DNA of 41,978 nucleotides from Candidatus Omnitrophota bacterium (GTDB taxonomy: Bacteria; Omnitrophota; Gorgyraeia; Duberdicusellales; 4484-171): assembly GCA_016935525.1 (NCBI GenBank), contig JAFGQU010000022.1:78471-120448 (forward strand). Direction: 5' to 3'. Positions within the stretch are counted from its first letter, which is position 1; each line of letters starts with the position of its first letter. The notes under the pieces were generated by a model. That model made no database searches and had not been told where the DNA came from. It saw only the letters and a program-made list of their open reading frames with translations. The position numbers and the translations under genes are program-made. This document shows positions 14,901 through 23,804 of this stretch, in pieces.

Positions 14901-15123
14901 ATCCTACAGAGTTGATTTCGATCACTTTATCCCGTTGTTTTTCACCGCTGATAATACTGATCTTATATTTCCTGGTCTGATAATGCTTCGCCAGGATTTG
15001 GATCAACTTTTTATTCGCCCGGCCGTCCTGGGCCGGTTCGCACACATACACTTTTAATCCGCCGGCAAATTCTTCAACCCGTTCTTTTTTCGCGCGAGGG
15101 ATCACTCGTACCTTAACTAACAT
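14899..15123 (-). CDS. DUF167 (YggU/UPF0235) family protein
   Basis: VRVIPRAK, PAQDGRAN..LI..LA and ISGEKQRDK motifs. Confidence 0.9.
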   Translation of the reverse strand: MLVKVRVIPRAKKERVEEFAGGLKVYVCEPAQDGRANKKLIQILAKHYQTRKYKISIISGEKQRDKVIEINSVG

Positions 15124-15130
15124 TGTTTAC

Positions 15131-15218
15131 GTCACACGACACATAGTCACAGGTCACACGTGAAAAACATTAAAAGAAAAATGTTTTACCAGATACCGAA
15201 GACCAGAGACTAGAGACT
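15131..15218. repeat. Heptamer arrays (GTCACAC-type and CCAGAGA-type)
   Basis: GTCACAC GACACAT AGTCACA GGTCACA, then CCAGATA CCGAAGA CCAGAGA CTAGAGA; the first array recurs at 29068 and inverted at about 17513-17609. Confidence 0.6.
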
Positions 15219-15223
15219 TCTTT

Positions 15224-16462
15224 TTACGAGTCGGAATCAGCGACGGAAATACTTTCAATGACCGGTTCGTCACCGGAAGCATGTACCGGTAATTCCTGAA
15301 CGTTTTTCAGTTTGGTCTGGATAGTACGGGTCTTACTGGAGGCGTCATCGATCGAATTAGTAGCTTCCTGTAATTTCTTTTTTGTCTTCTCCAGGATCTC
15401 GCCGAACTTACTGAACTCATTTTTGACCATCCCTAACAACTGCCAGACCTGACTTGACCGTTTCTGTATTGCCAGGGTCTTAAACCCCATCTGTAAACTG
15501 TTCAAAAATACCGCAAGCGTAGTGGGTGAAGTAATCGTGACCCGGTAATTACGCTGGATATCATCGATGAGGCCGGGCCGCCTTACCACTTCGGCAAATA
15601 ACCCTTCGATAGGCAGAAACATTATCGCGAAATCGGTAGTATGCGGCGGATCGATATATTTCTCTTTAATACTTTTTGCTTCGGCTTTTATGCGTAGTTC
15701 TAACTGCCGGGCGGCTTTCTCGGCGGCATCGGCATTCGCCGATTCCTGGGCCTGCTGTAATTGTTGATAATCTTCCTGAGGGAACTTGGCGTCAATAGGC
15801 AGCCAGAGAGGTTTATTTGAATCATGATCCTGTCCGGGCAATTTAATGGCAAATTCGACCCGGTCCCGGCTACCCGGTTTTGTGGCCACGTTCGTTTCAT
15901 ACTGTTGCGGAGTCAACATCTGTTCCAGAAGGCTACCCAGCTGGATCTCCCCCCAGGTCCCTCTAGTCTTTACGTTAGTAAGGACTTTTTTGAGGTCACC
16001 GACACTGGACGCCAGGTTTTGCATCTCGCCTAACCCTTTATGGACTGATTCGAGTTGCGAAGAGACCAGTTTAAACTGTTCGCCTAACCGTTTCTCCAGA
16101 GTCGCGTGCAGTTTTTCATCGACTACCGACCTCATTTGATCGAGTTTCTGGCTGTTCTCATTTTGAAGATCCTTGATCGAATTATGGATAGTCTCCCTCA
16201 TCTTTTCGATCTTCTGTTCGTTGCCCTGAGTAAGCAATGAAAGTATATCGATGATCTCTTTACGCGACTGCTGGCCGGTATCAGAAATTTCTTTCCTGTT
16301 CCGGGTGATCTCATCTTTCACTAACCGTTCCAGGCGTTCCTGACTTTTTTCGAGTTCTTCAAGATAGATTTTTGAATCCGGTCGCCGGCGCACCCCAAAG
16401 ATCAACAATATTGTCAGGAGAATACCATTCGCTATAAGCGCGATGATAATGTAAAGTGACAT
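15224..16462 (-). CDS. rmuC: DNA recombination protein RmuC
   Basis: N-terminal TM, coiled coil, KTRGTWGE, LPIDAKFP, TTDFAIMFLP; likely start MSLYII at 16462. Confidence 0.93.
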   Translation of the reverse strand: MSLYIIIALIANGILLTILLIFGVRRRPDSKIYLEELEKSQERLERLVKDEITRNRKEISDTGQQSRKEIIDILSLLTQGNEQKIEKMRETIHNSIKDLQNENSQKLDQMRSVVDEKLHATLEKRLGEQFKLVSSQLESVHKGLGEMQNLASSVGDLKKVLTNVKTRGTWGEIQLGSLLEQMLTPQQYETNVATKPGSRDRVEFAIKLPGQDHDSNKPLWLPIDAKFPQEDYQQLQQAQESANADAAEKAARQLELRIKAEAKSIKEKYIDPPHTTDFAIMFLPIEGLFAEVVRRPGLIDDIQRNYRVTITSPTTLAVFLNSLQMGFKTLAIQKRSSQVWQLLGMVKNEFSKFGEILEKTKKKLQEATNSIDDASSKTRTIQTKLKNVQELPVHASGDEPVIESISVADSDS

Positions 16463-16464
16463 AC

Positions 16465-17091
16465 TTACCGTTTCCTTTTCAGCGGTAAAAGTTTTTTGAT
16501 ACGGTTGAAAATATCTTTTGCTTCCGGCATCCTTCCCTGGCCATACACACCGCACGCCAGTTCGCCGCGGCCAGGATCGAGTATTTCATATTTCTTTAAT
16601 CCGGTCAGTTTCTTTACGTTCTGTTGAATAATCGGATTCTTCCACATATTCTCGTTCATTGCCGGCGCGAATACCACTTTCGTTTTTTCATCTAACGCGC
16701 AGACTACCGTCGTAAGCAGGTTATCGCAGATACCTTGAGCTATTTTAGAGAGAGTATTGGCTGATGCCGGAGCGATCACGCAAAAATCCGTCCATTGGCT
16801 TAACGAAATGTGTTGCACCCTTTTTTTCTCTTCTTTTTTTTCCGGTGACTGGTGACTGGCAACCGTTGACTCTTCGTCTTTCTGAAACTGCCACATATCA
16901 AGATATACGGGATTCTCCGAAAGAGTCTGGAACGTCAAAGGCGTCACGAAACGAGTCGCCGCATCCGTCATCACGACTTTCACCGGATAACCTTCTTTTT
17001 TTAAAATACGGACAAGTTCGCACGCTTTATACGCGGCAATACCGCCGCACACTCCGATCAAAATATTGTTTTTTTTCGATGTTTTTTGCAT
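16465..17091 (-). CDS. coaC: Phosphopantothenoylcysteine decarboxylase (stand-alone CoaC flavoprotein)
   Basis: GGIAAYKA, HISL, APASANT, PAMNENM and LACG.YGQGRM motifs. Confidence 0.9.
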   Translation of the reverse strand: MQKTSKKNNILIGVCGGIAAYKACELVRILKKEGYPVKVVMTDAATRFVTPLTFQTLSENPVYLDMWQFQKDEESTVASHQSPEKKEEKKRVQHISLSQWTDFCVIAPASANTLSKIAQGICDNLLTTVVCALDEKTKVVFAPAMNENMWKNPIIQQNVKKLTGLKKYEILDPGRGELACGVYGQGRMPEAKDIFNRIKKLLPLKRKR

Positions 17092-17203
17092 AAAATATCT
17101 GCTTAAGAATAACTAATTGTATCACCAATTATAAAGACAGTCTATCCTTGTATTATTCGTAAAATAGCTTTAACACAAAGGCATTTCACCCGAGACATAT
17201 TTC

Positions 17204-17431
17204 ACCACAGAGCTCACGGAGTTACACAGAGAAGATACGAAGATATTTGGTTTCACGCTTTTATTTCATAAAAGCGTATTCCTTTGTAAAAACAAAGAAA
17301 ACCGGAAAATATTTTGCCTGTTTTCTCCCGTTTTTACAAAGATGCCCCATCGAAAATCGATGGGGAGAAACCAAATATCTTCTCATTGAAACGTCTCATT
17401 CTTACTCCGTGCCCTCGGTGTCCTCTGTGGT
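17204..17431. repeat. ACCACAGAG/CTCTGTGGT palindromic element carrying a four-way-junction insert
   Basis: Arms match the shorter element at 35509-35605; internal 17239-17382 has a 16-bp closing stem and three hairpins. Confidence 0.75.
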
Positions 17432-17527
17432 TGGAATATATCCTTTTTGTCAACACATCTTCTGAATATATATTTTCTGAAAATTGCGATTTGGTGCTTG
17501 GGAATTTTACTACGTGTGACTATGTGG

Positions 17528-17593
17528 CCTGCCCGCTCTTGACTTACAGGAGGGCCAGCCTGCCCCACGCGGTGCGGGACTGACAGGCAGGCG
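17528..17593. repeat. 66-bp GC-rich nested palindrome, copy 1
   Basis: CCTGCCCG...GACAGGCAGGCG; direct repeat of 23729-23794. Confidence 0.85.
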
Positions 17594-17625
17594 GGCGTGT
17601 GTCGTGTGCTTTTTTCTATACGCTA

Positions 17626-19782
17626 TTACTTTTGAGGTTTAGGAATCTCTATCCTTATGGTCGTCCCTTTGGTATATTCGCTTTCGAGTTTAATCGAACC
17701 GGTATGGTTTTCTTCGATGATCCTGCGGGCGACATACATCCCTATCCCGCTCCCGGATTTATAAGAAGATTTTGTCGTAAAAAACGGCGCGAACACTTTC
17801 GGTTTATCTTCTTCTTTGATCCCGATACCGTTATCGGTAATAGTGATCAGGTAATGGTCGTTCATATCTTCGACTTTTATCGTGATCTTCGCCTGATACT
17901 CTTCTTTTTCCGTATTGGTAAGAGTCTGTGTCAACTCTTCAGTCGCCTCATACGCGTTATCGAGCAGATTATATATCACTTCGTTCAGTTGCGCTTTTAT
18001 CCCCCAGATCGTCTCGATCGATTCCGGCAATATCTCGATAGGGACGGTATCTTTTTCATGTTTGATGAGTAACAGGCTCATGATCGTCTCGATCATCTCC
18101 GAAAAAGCAAAATAACCGAAAAAAGTATCCTTTTCCGTGGTACGGGTAAAATTGAGGATACCTTTAACGATATCGTCGGTACGTTTCACGTTATCGATGA
18201 TAGAGGTGGCTATTTTGGTAAGATAATCGAAGATCTCTCGGCACTTTTCGTCATCGGCGATATGCTGATTTTGCGAAAGGAAATCGTTGATCGCCAATTT
18301 CAATTCTCCGCTGGCTAATGAAAAATGGTTAAGACGGTTTTTGATCTGGTGCGCGACTCCGTCAGCCAGTCCGCCGATCGACGCGAGTTTTTCAGCCTGG
18401 AACAGTTCCTGCTGTACGGTACGAAACTCTTCAAAAAACATACAGTTCTCAATAGCCAACGCTCCCTGATGAGAAAGGATCCTGAACACGTTGATATCAT
18501 CTGGAGTATAGGGCGACCGGTCGAGTTTCGCGCCTAATACCATAAACCCTAATATCTCATCGTTCACGATCGAAGGAACGATCAGATCGAACTCTTCGCC
18601 AATATCCTGAAAAAAAGTCTTTCGCAACTTAAACGGCACCTCTTCCGGCAAAAACGGATTCTGATACCGCCGCATATAATTGATCAACGGAGAATCTTCT
18701 TCTATATTAAGATTAAACGAAGTATCCCCGGAATCGCGTTTAGCGCTCATCACATACGTTTTATTATCTTTATCGTGAAAATAAATCGCCGCGTACCGGA
18801 TATTGACCGCTCGTTTGATGATATATACGATCAATTTCAACAACCGGCTCAGATTATGTTCTTGGACCATCCCGCTTGCCGCCTGAAGAAGTATCTTCTG
18901 ATAATGTCGTTGCTGGGCAAGTAATATATTTTCCGCTTTAACACTGAAATAACGGTATATAAACGGCGCCGGTAAAGAAAACATGATCGCCGCCGATGTC
19001 GAAAGGATCCACGATTCGGTTCTATATCCTATATAAAATGGAATCCCCAAAAGGGAGCTATATACAACCAGGCTGATTCCGGCACGGGTAATCGCTACCC
19101 GGATATCCATGAGTCGGTAGCGAACAATGGTAAAACCAATGATAAGTGGATAAAGAATAATTAAGAAACTGTAATAAGGATAGATGTCAATCCTAAAGGT
19201 AGGCAAAAATAGGCCTTCTGTCCCCGGCCAAGAAAGCATCGAAGTTATAATGAAATATTTTAATTGATTCCGCTGGATTCCAGTAACATACTTGTATCCT
19301 ACAATCATCCTATAGAAAGCAAGGCCTAAAATACCTACATAAAACAACAAATAAAATGAGAGAAAAATTTTACTTTGATGTTGATGCCAATCAACCCAGT
19401 AGAATTGATTGAAAACCCAACGTAAATCTCCATAAAAAACGTCTCTGCGGAATATACTGATTAACCCAAAAATTCCAGCCAACACATATTGCACTGAAAT
19501 GATGTATTTATCTTTTCGCTTTAAGAATTCCGAAACAAAATGGTAATAAAAAACTGGAGTGAAAATCGCACCGAGGAACCCAATCTGCCACCACAAAAAA
19601 GCGACTTCCTTTACAGTGGTCGTGGAAAACTTAAACGCACCAATTCCCCACAATCCTACAGCAAAACAAAAAGAAGCCCATATGAGATTCAGCTTCTTGC
19701 GTTGTCCTCTGGCAAGGACAAAAAATCCTATCGAAAAGCTGGAAACACAAATCAAAATAGATGAGAACGCAAACCAATTCAT
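17626..19782 (-). CDS. Membrane sensor histidine kinase (7TM-type input, extra TMs, GAF, HisKA, HATPase)
   Basis: Hydrophobic N-terminus ending IVRYRLMDI; GAF ending LAIEN; H-box VAHQIKN; NLLDNA, DNGIGI, FFTTK, GSGIGM. Confidence 0.93.
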   Translation of the reverse strand: MNWFAFSSILICVSSFSIGFFVLARGQRKKLNLIWASFCFAVGLWGIGAFKFSTTTVKEVAFLWWQIGFLGAIFTPVFYYHFVSEFLKRKDKYIISVQYVLAGIFGLISIFRRDVFYGDLRWVFNQFYWVDWHQHQSKIFLSFYLLFYVGILGLAFYRMIVGYKYVTGIQRNQLKYFIITSMLSWPGTEGLFLPTFRIDIYPYYSFLIILYPLIIGFTIVRYRLMDIRVAITRAGISLVVYSSLLGIPFYIGYRTESWILSTSAAIMFSLPAPFIYRYFSVKAENILLAQQRHYQKILLQAASGMVQEHNLSRLLKLIVYIIKRAVNIRYAAIYFHDKDNKTYVMSAKRDSGDTSFNLNIEEDSPLINYMRRYQNPFLPEEVPFKLRKTFFQDIGEEFDLIVPSIVNDEILGFMVLGAKLDRSPYTPDDINVFRILSHQGALAIENCMFFEEFRTVQQELFQAEKLASIGGLADGVAHQIKNRLNHFSLASGELKLAINDFLSQNQHIADDEKCREIFDYLTKIATSIIDNVKRTDDIVKGILNFTRTTEKDTFFGYFAFSEMIETIMSLLLIKHEKDTVPIEILPESIETIWGIKAQLNEVIYNLLDNAYEATEELTQTLTNTEKEEYQAKITIKVEDMNDHYLITITDNGIGIKEEDKPKVFAPFFTTKSSYKSGSGIGMYVARRIIEENHTGSIKLESEYTKGTTIRIEIPKPQK

Positions 19783-19788
19783 ATTAAT

Positions 19789-21249
19789 TCATTTCAAAAT
19801 AAAATAGTTCCAAGGCCATTGAACTTTCAATTTATTCATTACTAACCTTGCTGCATTTCTCCCTAAATTAGCAACCCCCGATATCCCCCCTTCTCCGCCT
19901 ACACCCGATGTACACCAATGCCCGGCTAAGAATAATCCGGCGACCGATGACACCTGAGGAACCAGATTGCTTTTTATTTGAGACGGCGTAGATGCCCATC
20001 CGTAAATTGCGCCACCTCGATTTGCTGTGTATCGCTCGAATGTGCATGGTGAAGCACCAAATTTCATTATAACATCTTCGTCCCTAAGTGCAGGGGTAAA
20101 CTGTTTTAAAATAGAAAATAACTTTTCTAATGTACTCTCTTTTTGTTCTCTCCAAAATTCTTCAGACTCATAAGGAGCATTAATAAGTACCTCGATAACA
20201 TGTTTGTCTGTAATCAAAAGATCGTGCAACGAAGGGAAACAAATCATCGCAAACGGAAGTTCATTTTGCATTATCGTTCTGCGAAGCGATGAAAGAGCTT
20301 CCCCTACTTTATAAGTGTTAGAATACCATATATTACATTGTTCTTTAACGATCTTCCTTAAATTATTTTTCACAGCTACATATAGTGCAACAACTGACGA
20401 TGAAGGCAGAAGCCTATCCACCACATTAAACTCCTTCACATCAGATAGACAAAGTAAATCTTTGAAAAGAGTTGTTGCATCGCAATTGGCGACAATACAC
20501 TGGGATAATATTCGCTTTTTTTGATCAAAAATGACTCCCTGGACTTGATTGTTTTGAGTAAGAATTTTTTCAACTCGTTTGCCAAAAATAATTTCTCCAC
20601 CATTCTCTTCAAATAACTGCAATAATCCATCAGGCAAAGCTTGCATTCCCCCTTGAGGATAATATCCGGGGTCAAGGATGAATTCACGTAGAAAAATAAT
20701 AGACGTTAAAGCTGAAGCCTTATCTGCAGGCGATCCGATGTTTCCCATGAGAACGGATAATGCCGACTTAAGATGTTCCTCGGTAAAATATTCATTTAAA
20801 ATATCGGAGAAGGTTAACTTTTTTATTTTAGAATAGATCGAAACAAAATCTGTTTTTAAAATGAAATCGAAAAAATTACGAATAGCTTTTTTCTCATCAG
20901 GGAAACTTCGTTCGAACTCTTGGATAGTATCTTCGGGCACAGCCCGAATATATATACTCTCCTGGGGCATAATAATTTTATCCGTAGGGTCAAACTGATG
21001 AAAAGTCAGAAATTTCTGTAAATCTAATTCATTTAATACTTTTCCTAAAACACCTCGTTTGACTGCTCCCAAATAATGGACCCCAACATCGAATCTATAT
21101 CCCCGCCGGGAAAACGATGTGCAGTACCCGCCGGGAATATTTTGCTGTTCGATGATGAGGATTTTTAATCCTGCTTTTGCCAAATAACAACCACATACTA
21201 ATCCACCGATTCCTGCACCAATGATAACTACATCGTACCTCTCGTTCAT
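19789..21249 (-). CDS. Phytoene desaturase/retinol saturase-like FAD oxidoreductase
   Basis: IIGAGIGGL, PGGYC.SF.R.GY.FDVG, YPQGGM, GAIYGW, LFLAGHW. Confidence 0.88.
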   Translation of the reverse strand: MNERYDVVIIGAGIGGLVCGCYLAKAGLKILIIEQQNIPGGYCTSFSRRGYRFDVGVHYLGAVKRGVLGKVLNELDLQKFLTFHQFDPTDKIIMPQESIYIRAVPEDTIQEFERSFPDEKKAIRNFFDFILKTDFVSIYSKIKKLTFSDILNEYFTEEHLKSALSVLMGNIGSPADKASALTSIIFLREFILDPGYYPQGGMQALPDGLLQLFEENGGEIIFGKRVEKILTQNNQVQGVIFDQKKRILSQCIVANCDATTLFKDLLCLSDVKEFNVVDRLLPSSSVVALYVAVKNNLRKIVKEQCNIWYSNTYKVGEALSSLRRTIMQNELPFAMICFPSLHDLLITDKHVIEVLINAPYESEEFWREQKESTLEKLFSILKQFTPALRDEDVIMKFGASPCTFERYTANRGGAIYGWASTPSQIKSNLVPQVSSVAGLFLAGHWCTSGVGGEGGISGVANLGRNAARLVMNKLKVQWPWNYFILK

Positions 21250-22568
21250 TGTCTTTCTAATTCGACAGTTTCCTTACTCTTTGTGAATAGGCTACTTACA
21301 AACCAGCGGGATAACGCTAATAAGGTAAGAATCGGCGGTAATCCGAACGCGTGAGGGAATACGCTGGTATCACATACAAAAAGGTCTTTTATCTCCGTTT
21401 CTAAACGGTTATCTACTACCCGGCCGATTCCGGCGGTCCCTCCGGGATGCGCGCCCCGCGGTCGAGTCACAAAAATATTTTTAGGTTCTATCCCCATTCC
21501 CAGTAATATCTCCCGGGCATACGTATTCCCGGTTTTAAACCGTTCGGCATCTTCAGTTAATACGGTTTTATCAATCGTCCCGTTCGCATAGACTTTACCT
21601 TGATCGGTATCTTTTATCTTCGTCATCACCCCGACAAGACGTTTATAACGTGCGAGATATTTATATTCTCGAGGCGATAGGGTCGAGACCAACCCTACTA
21701 TATTATCAATAAAAGAGGTCAAAATAAATCCCTGTTCCTGATAAAATTTGTCTGAGATTATGTTCATCGTTACTTCATGGAACTGAGTCGACCCGGGCAA
21801 GATACCGTAGGTCACATTTAAAAGGTCGACAAACAAATGTTCACCGGCATGGTCGATACCGGAATTTTGAAGGATCACCGGTGTCCCCAACCCTCCGGCC
21901 GAAAGGATAACCCGGTCGGCATACCACCGTTGTTTTCTCATAAGACGCCGGCCTTCGACTCCGACACAACGGTTATTTTGTACAATCACATTTTTTACGG
22001 CCACTCCGGTAAAGATCGTACAAAAATCCGGGTCTATATCTTTTAAAAAATCAAGGCTGCTCCATTTCGCTCCATATTTACATCCTAAAATACAGTTCCC
22101 GCAGGAACAGCAACGAGAATGGGCCTCAGGGGTACCGAATTTCGGCATCGGTACCATATCCAATCCTAACCGGTTAGCCGAAACTATTATCTTTCTGGTT
22201 GTTTTCCCAATAGGAAAATCGCGGGTATTCACATTTAATTCACTACTTATTTGATCTACCGCATCAGATAAATTAATTCCTAACTGTTTAAAACAGTCTA
22301 CCCCACTGGGAACGGCATTGCCCCCATTAGCCAAACTGGTACCCCCCAGATTAATCGTACGGTTGATGATAATACCCTGCCGGCTTTTGGGTCCTACCGC
22401 GGCATGATCATAATAAAACCCGGCATAATAAGTATGCCCTATAAATCTATGATGATACCCTTTTTCAAGGACAAGTACTCTCTGCTTCCGCAAGCAAAGT
22501 TCTTTTGCTAACGCTAACCCGGCGGTCCCTCCTCCTACGATAATATAATCGAATTTATTTTTATTCAT
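21246..22568 (-). CDS. GMC-family FAD oxidoreductase with a Cys cluster
   Basis: IVGGGTAG, LGGTS..NG, CCSCGNCILGC, LSAGGLGTP.ILQNSGI, HPGGT, PPILT. Confidence 0.85.
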   Translation of the reverse strand: MNKNKFDYIIVGGGTAGLALAKELCLRKQRVLVLEKGYHHRFIGHTYYAGFYYDHAAVGPKSRQGIIINRTINLGGTSLANGGNAVPSGVDCFKQLGINLSDAVDQISSELNVNTRDFPIGKTTRKIIVSANRLGLDMVPMPKFGTPEAHSRCCSCGNCILGCKYGAKWSSLDFLKDIDPDFCTIFTGVAVKNVIVQNNRCVGVEGRRLMRKQRWYADRVILSAGGLGTPVILQNSGIDHAGEHLFVDLLNVTYGILPGSTQFHEVTMNIISDKFYQEQGFILTSFIDNIVGLVSTLSPREYKYLARYKRLVGVMTKIKDTDQGKVYANGTIDKTVLTEDAERFKTGNTYAREILLGMGIEPKNIFVTRPRGAHPGGTAGIGRVVDNRLETEIKDLFVCDTSVFPHAFGLPPILTLLALSRWFVSSLFTKSKETVELERQ

Positions 22569-22584
22569 TTAAGTTTTCCCAAAC

Positions 22585-23685
22585 TCACCTTTGAGGTGAT
22601 TTTGGTTTTATAAAATTACTTGTTATTACATATTGGATAAGCCTTGCCAGCATTTCGTCGTCTATTTCCGGGAAAGAGTAATCTATCTTCTTTAATGCTT
22701 CTCCGGTATAGTCCGAACTCAATTGAGGATCCGAGATAAAATATAAAGAATTCATATTAATGATCGCTTTCTGTACCGGAGTAAGCGGGCTGGCATCAAA
22801 TTCCGGCCAGGTACATAATCGCGGTTTTTTAAATCCGATCAGTTGACTTGCAATCTCAAGGAATTTTTTTAGAAAAACCGGGGTTTGAGGGAAAAGATGG
22901 TACGTACCGTTTAAAACAGTAGTAGAATCCAAAATAGCGTATAAAGATCCGGCGACCGCATCGACGGTCACCATATTGACCGGGCGGTCTCCGGTTATAG
23001 GAAAAATATCGAATACTTCCCGGTTCCATAACTGAAGTATCTGGTAAAGATGTTGAAACCGAAAAGTCTTACCGGTAGCCGATTCACCCACAACGAATGC
23101 CGGCCGGAATATATCGACCCATAATCCTTGTTCACGGTATTCCCTGACGATCTTTTCCGCCTGGAATTTACTCTTTTCATAATTCGTGTTAAATTCCTGG
23201 CCTACATCAAAATCGTTTTCAGAAAACGTATCACTATGTTTACCGCAGATAAACGCGGTACTGAGATGGTTGCATTTAACCGATTTCCCCTGTGTTTGAC
23301 AACGTAGGGCAATATCTAATACTTGCTGGGTACCAAATACATTTATCTGATAAATCTGTTCCCAGGATAAATGGAATTCGATTGCCGCGGCACAATGGAC
23401 GATCTCATCGACAGCAGGTATTAAGGCCTCTAACGCCGAAGACGATAACCCACACTCAGCGCTGGTAATATCGCCCTCCCATACAAACAGATTTTTATTC
23501 AGTTCGACATGAGAGTCGTCTCCCCAAAAATGAAGCGCATCCAGGACCCGTTCTTCGGCTTTTCGGCCTTTTCCCGAACGCGCCACGACATGGACAATAC
23601 ATCCATTGGCAAGAAGGGTTTTTAACAGGTAAGAACCGATAAGCCCGGTAGCCCCGGTTAAAAAAAACACTTTATTTTTAACCAT
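22585..23685 (-). CDS. Thioester reductase / fatty acyl reductase-like extended SDR
   Basis: TGATGLIG, GDIT, HCAA, HLSTA, YEKSK, FRP..VVG. Confidence 0.85.
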   Translation of the reverse strand: MVKNKVFFLTGATGLIGSYLLKTLLANGCIVHVVARSGKGRKAEERVLDALHFWGDDSHVELNKNLFVWEGDITSAECGLSSSALEALIPAVDEIVHCAAAIEFHLSWEQIYQINVFGTQQVLDIALRCQTQGKSVKCNHLSTAFICGKHSDTFSENDFDVGQEFNTNYEKSKFQAEKIVREYREQGLWVDIFRPAFVVGESATGKTFRFQHLYQILQLWNREVFDIFPITGDRPVNMVTVDAVAGSLYAILDSTTVLNGTYHLFPQTPVFLKKFLEIASQLIGFKKPRLCTWPEFDASPLTPVQKAIINMNSLYFISDPQLSSDYTGEALKKIDYSFPEIDDEMLARLIQYVITSNFIKPKSPQR

Positions 23686-23728
23686 ATTTTATACAGATAA
23701 TCACAGGCATCTTCGCTCCGCGGGTATC

Positions 23729-23794
23729 CCTGCCCGCCCTCCCGTTAGTCGGGAGCCAGCCTGCCCCACGCTGTGCGGGGCTGACAGGCAGGCG
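23729..23794. repeat. 66-bp GC-rich nested palindrome, copy 2
   Basis: Direct repeat of 17528-17593 with the internal 19 bp inverted. Confidence 0.85.
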
Positions 23795-23804
23795 TGGCGC
23801 CTAG

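Noticed and set aside
19100-19782. Idea that the 7TM kinase is a rhodopsin-like receptor using a polyene aldehyde chromophore
   Set aside because: No Lys in the predicted seventh helix (YYSFLIILYPLIIGFTIV) for a Schiff base, and no opsin motifs
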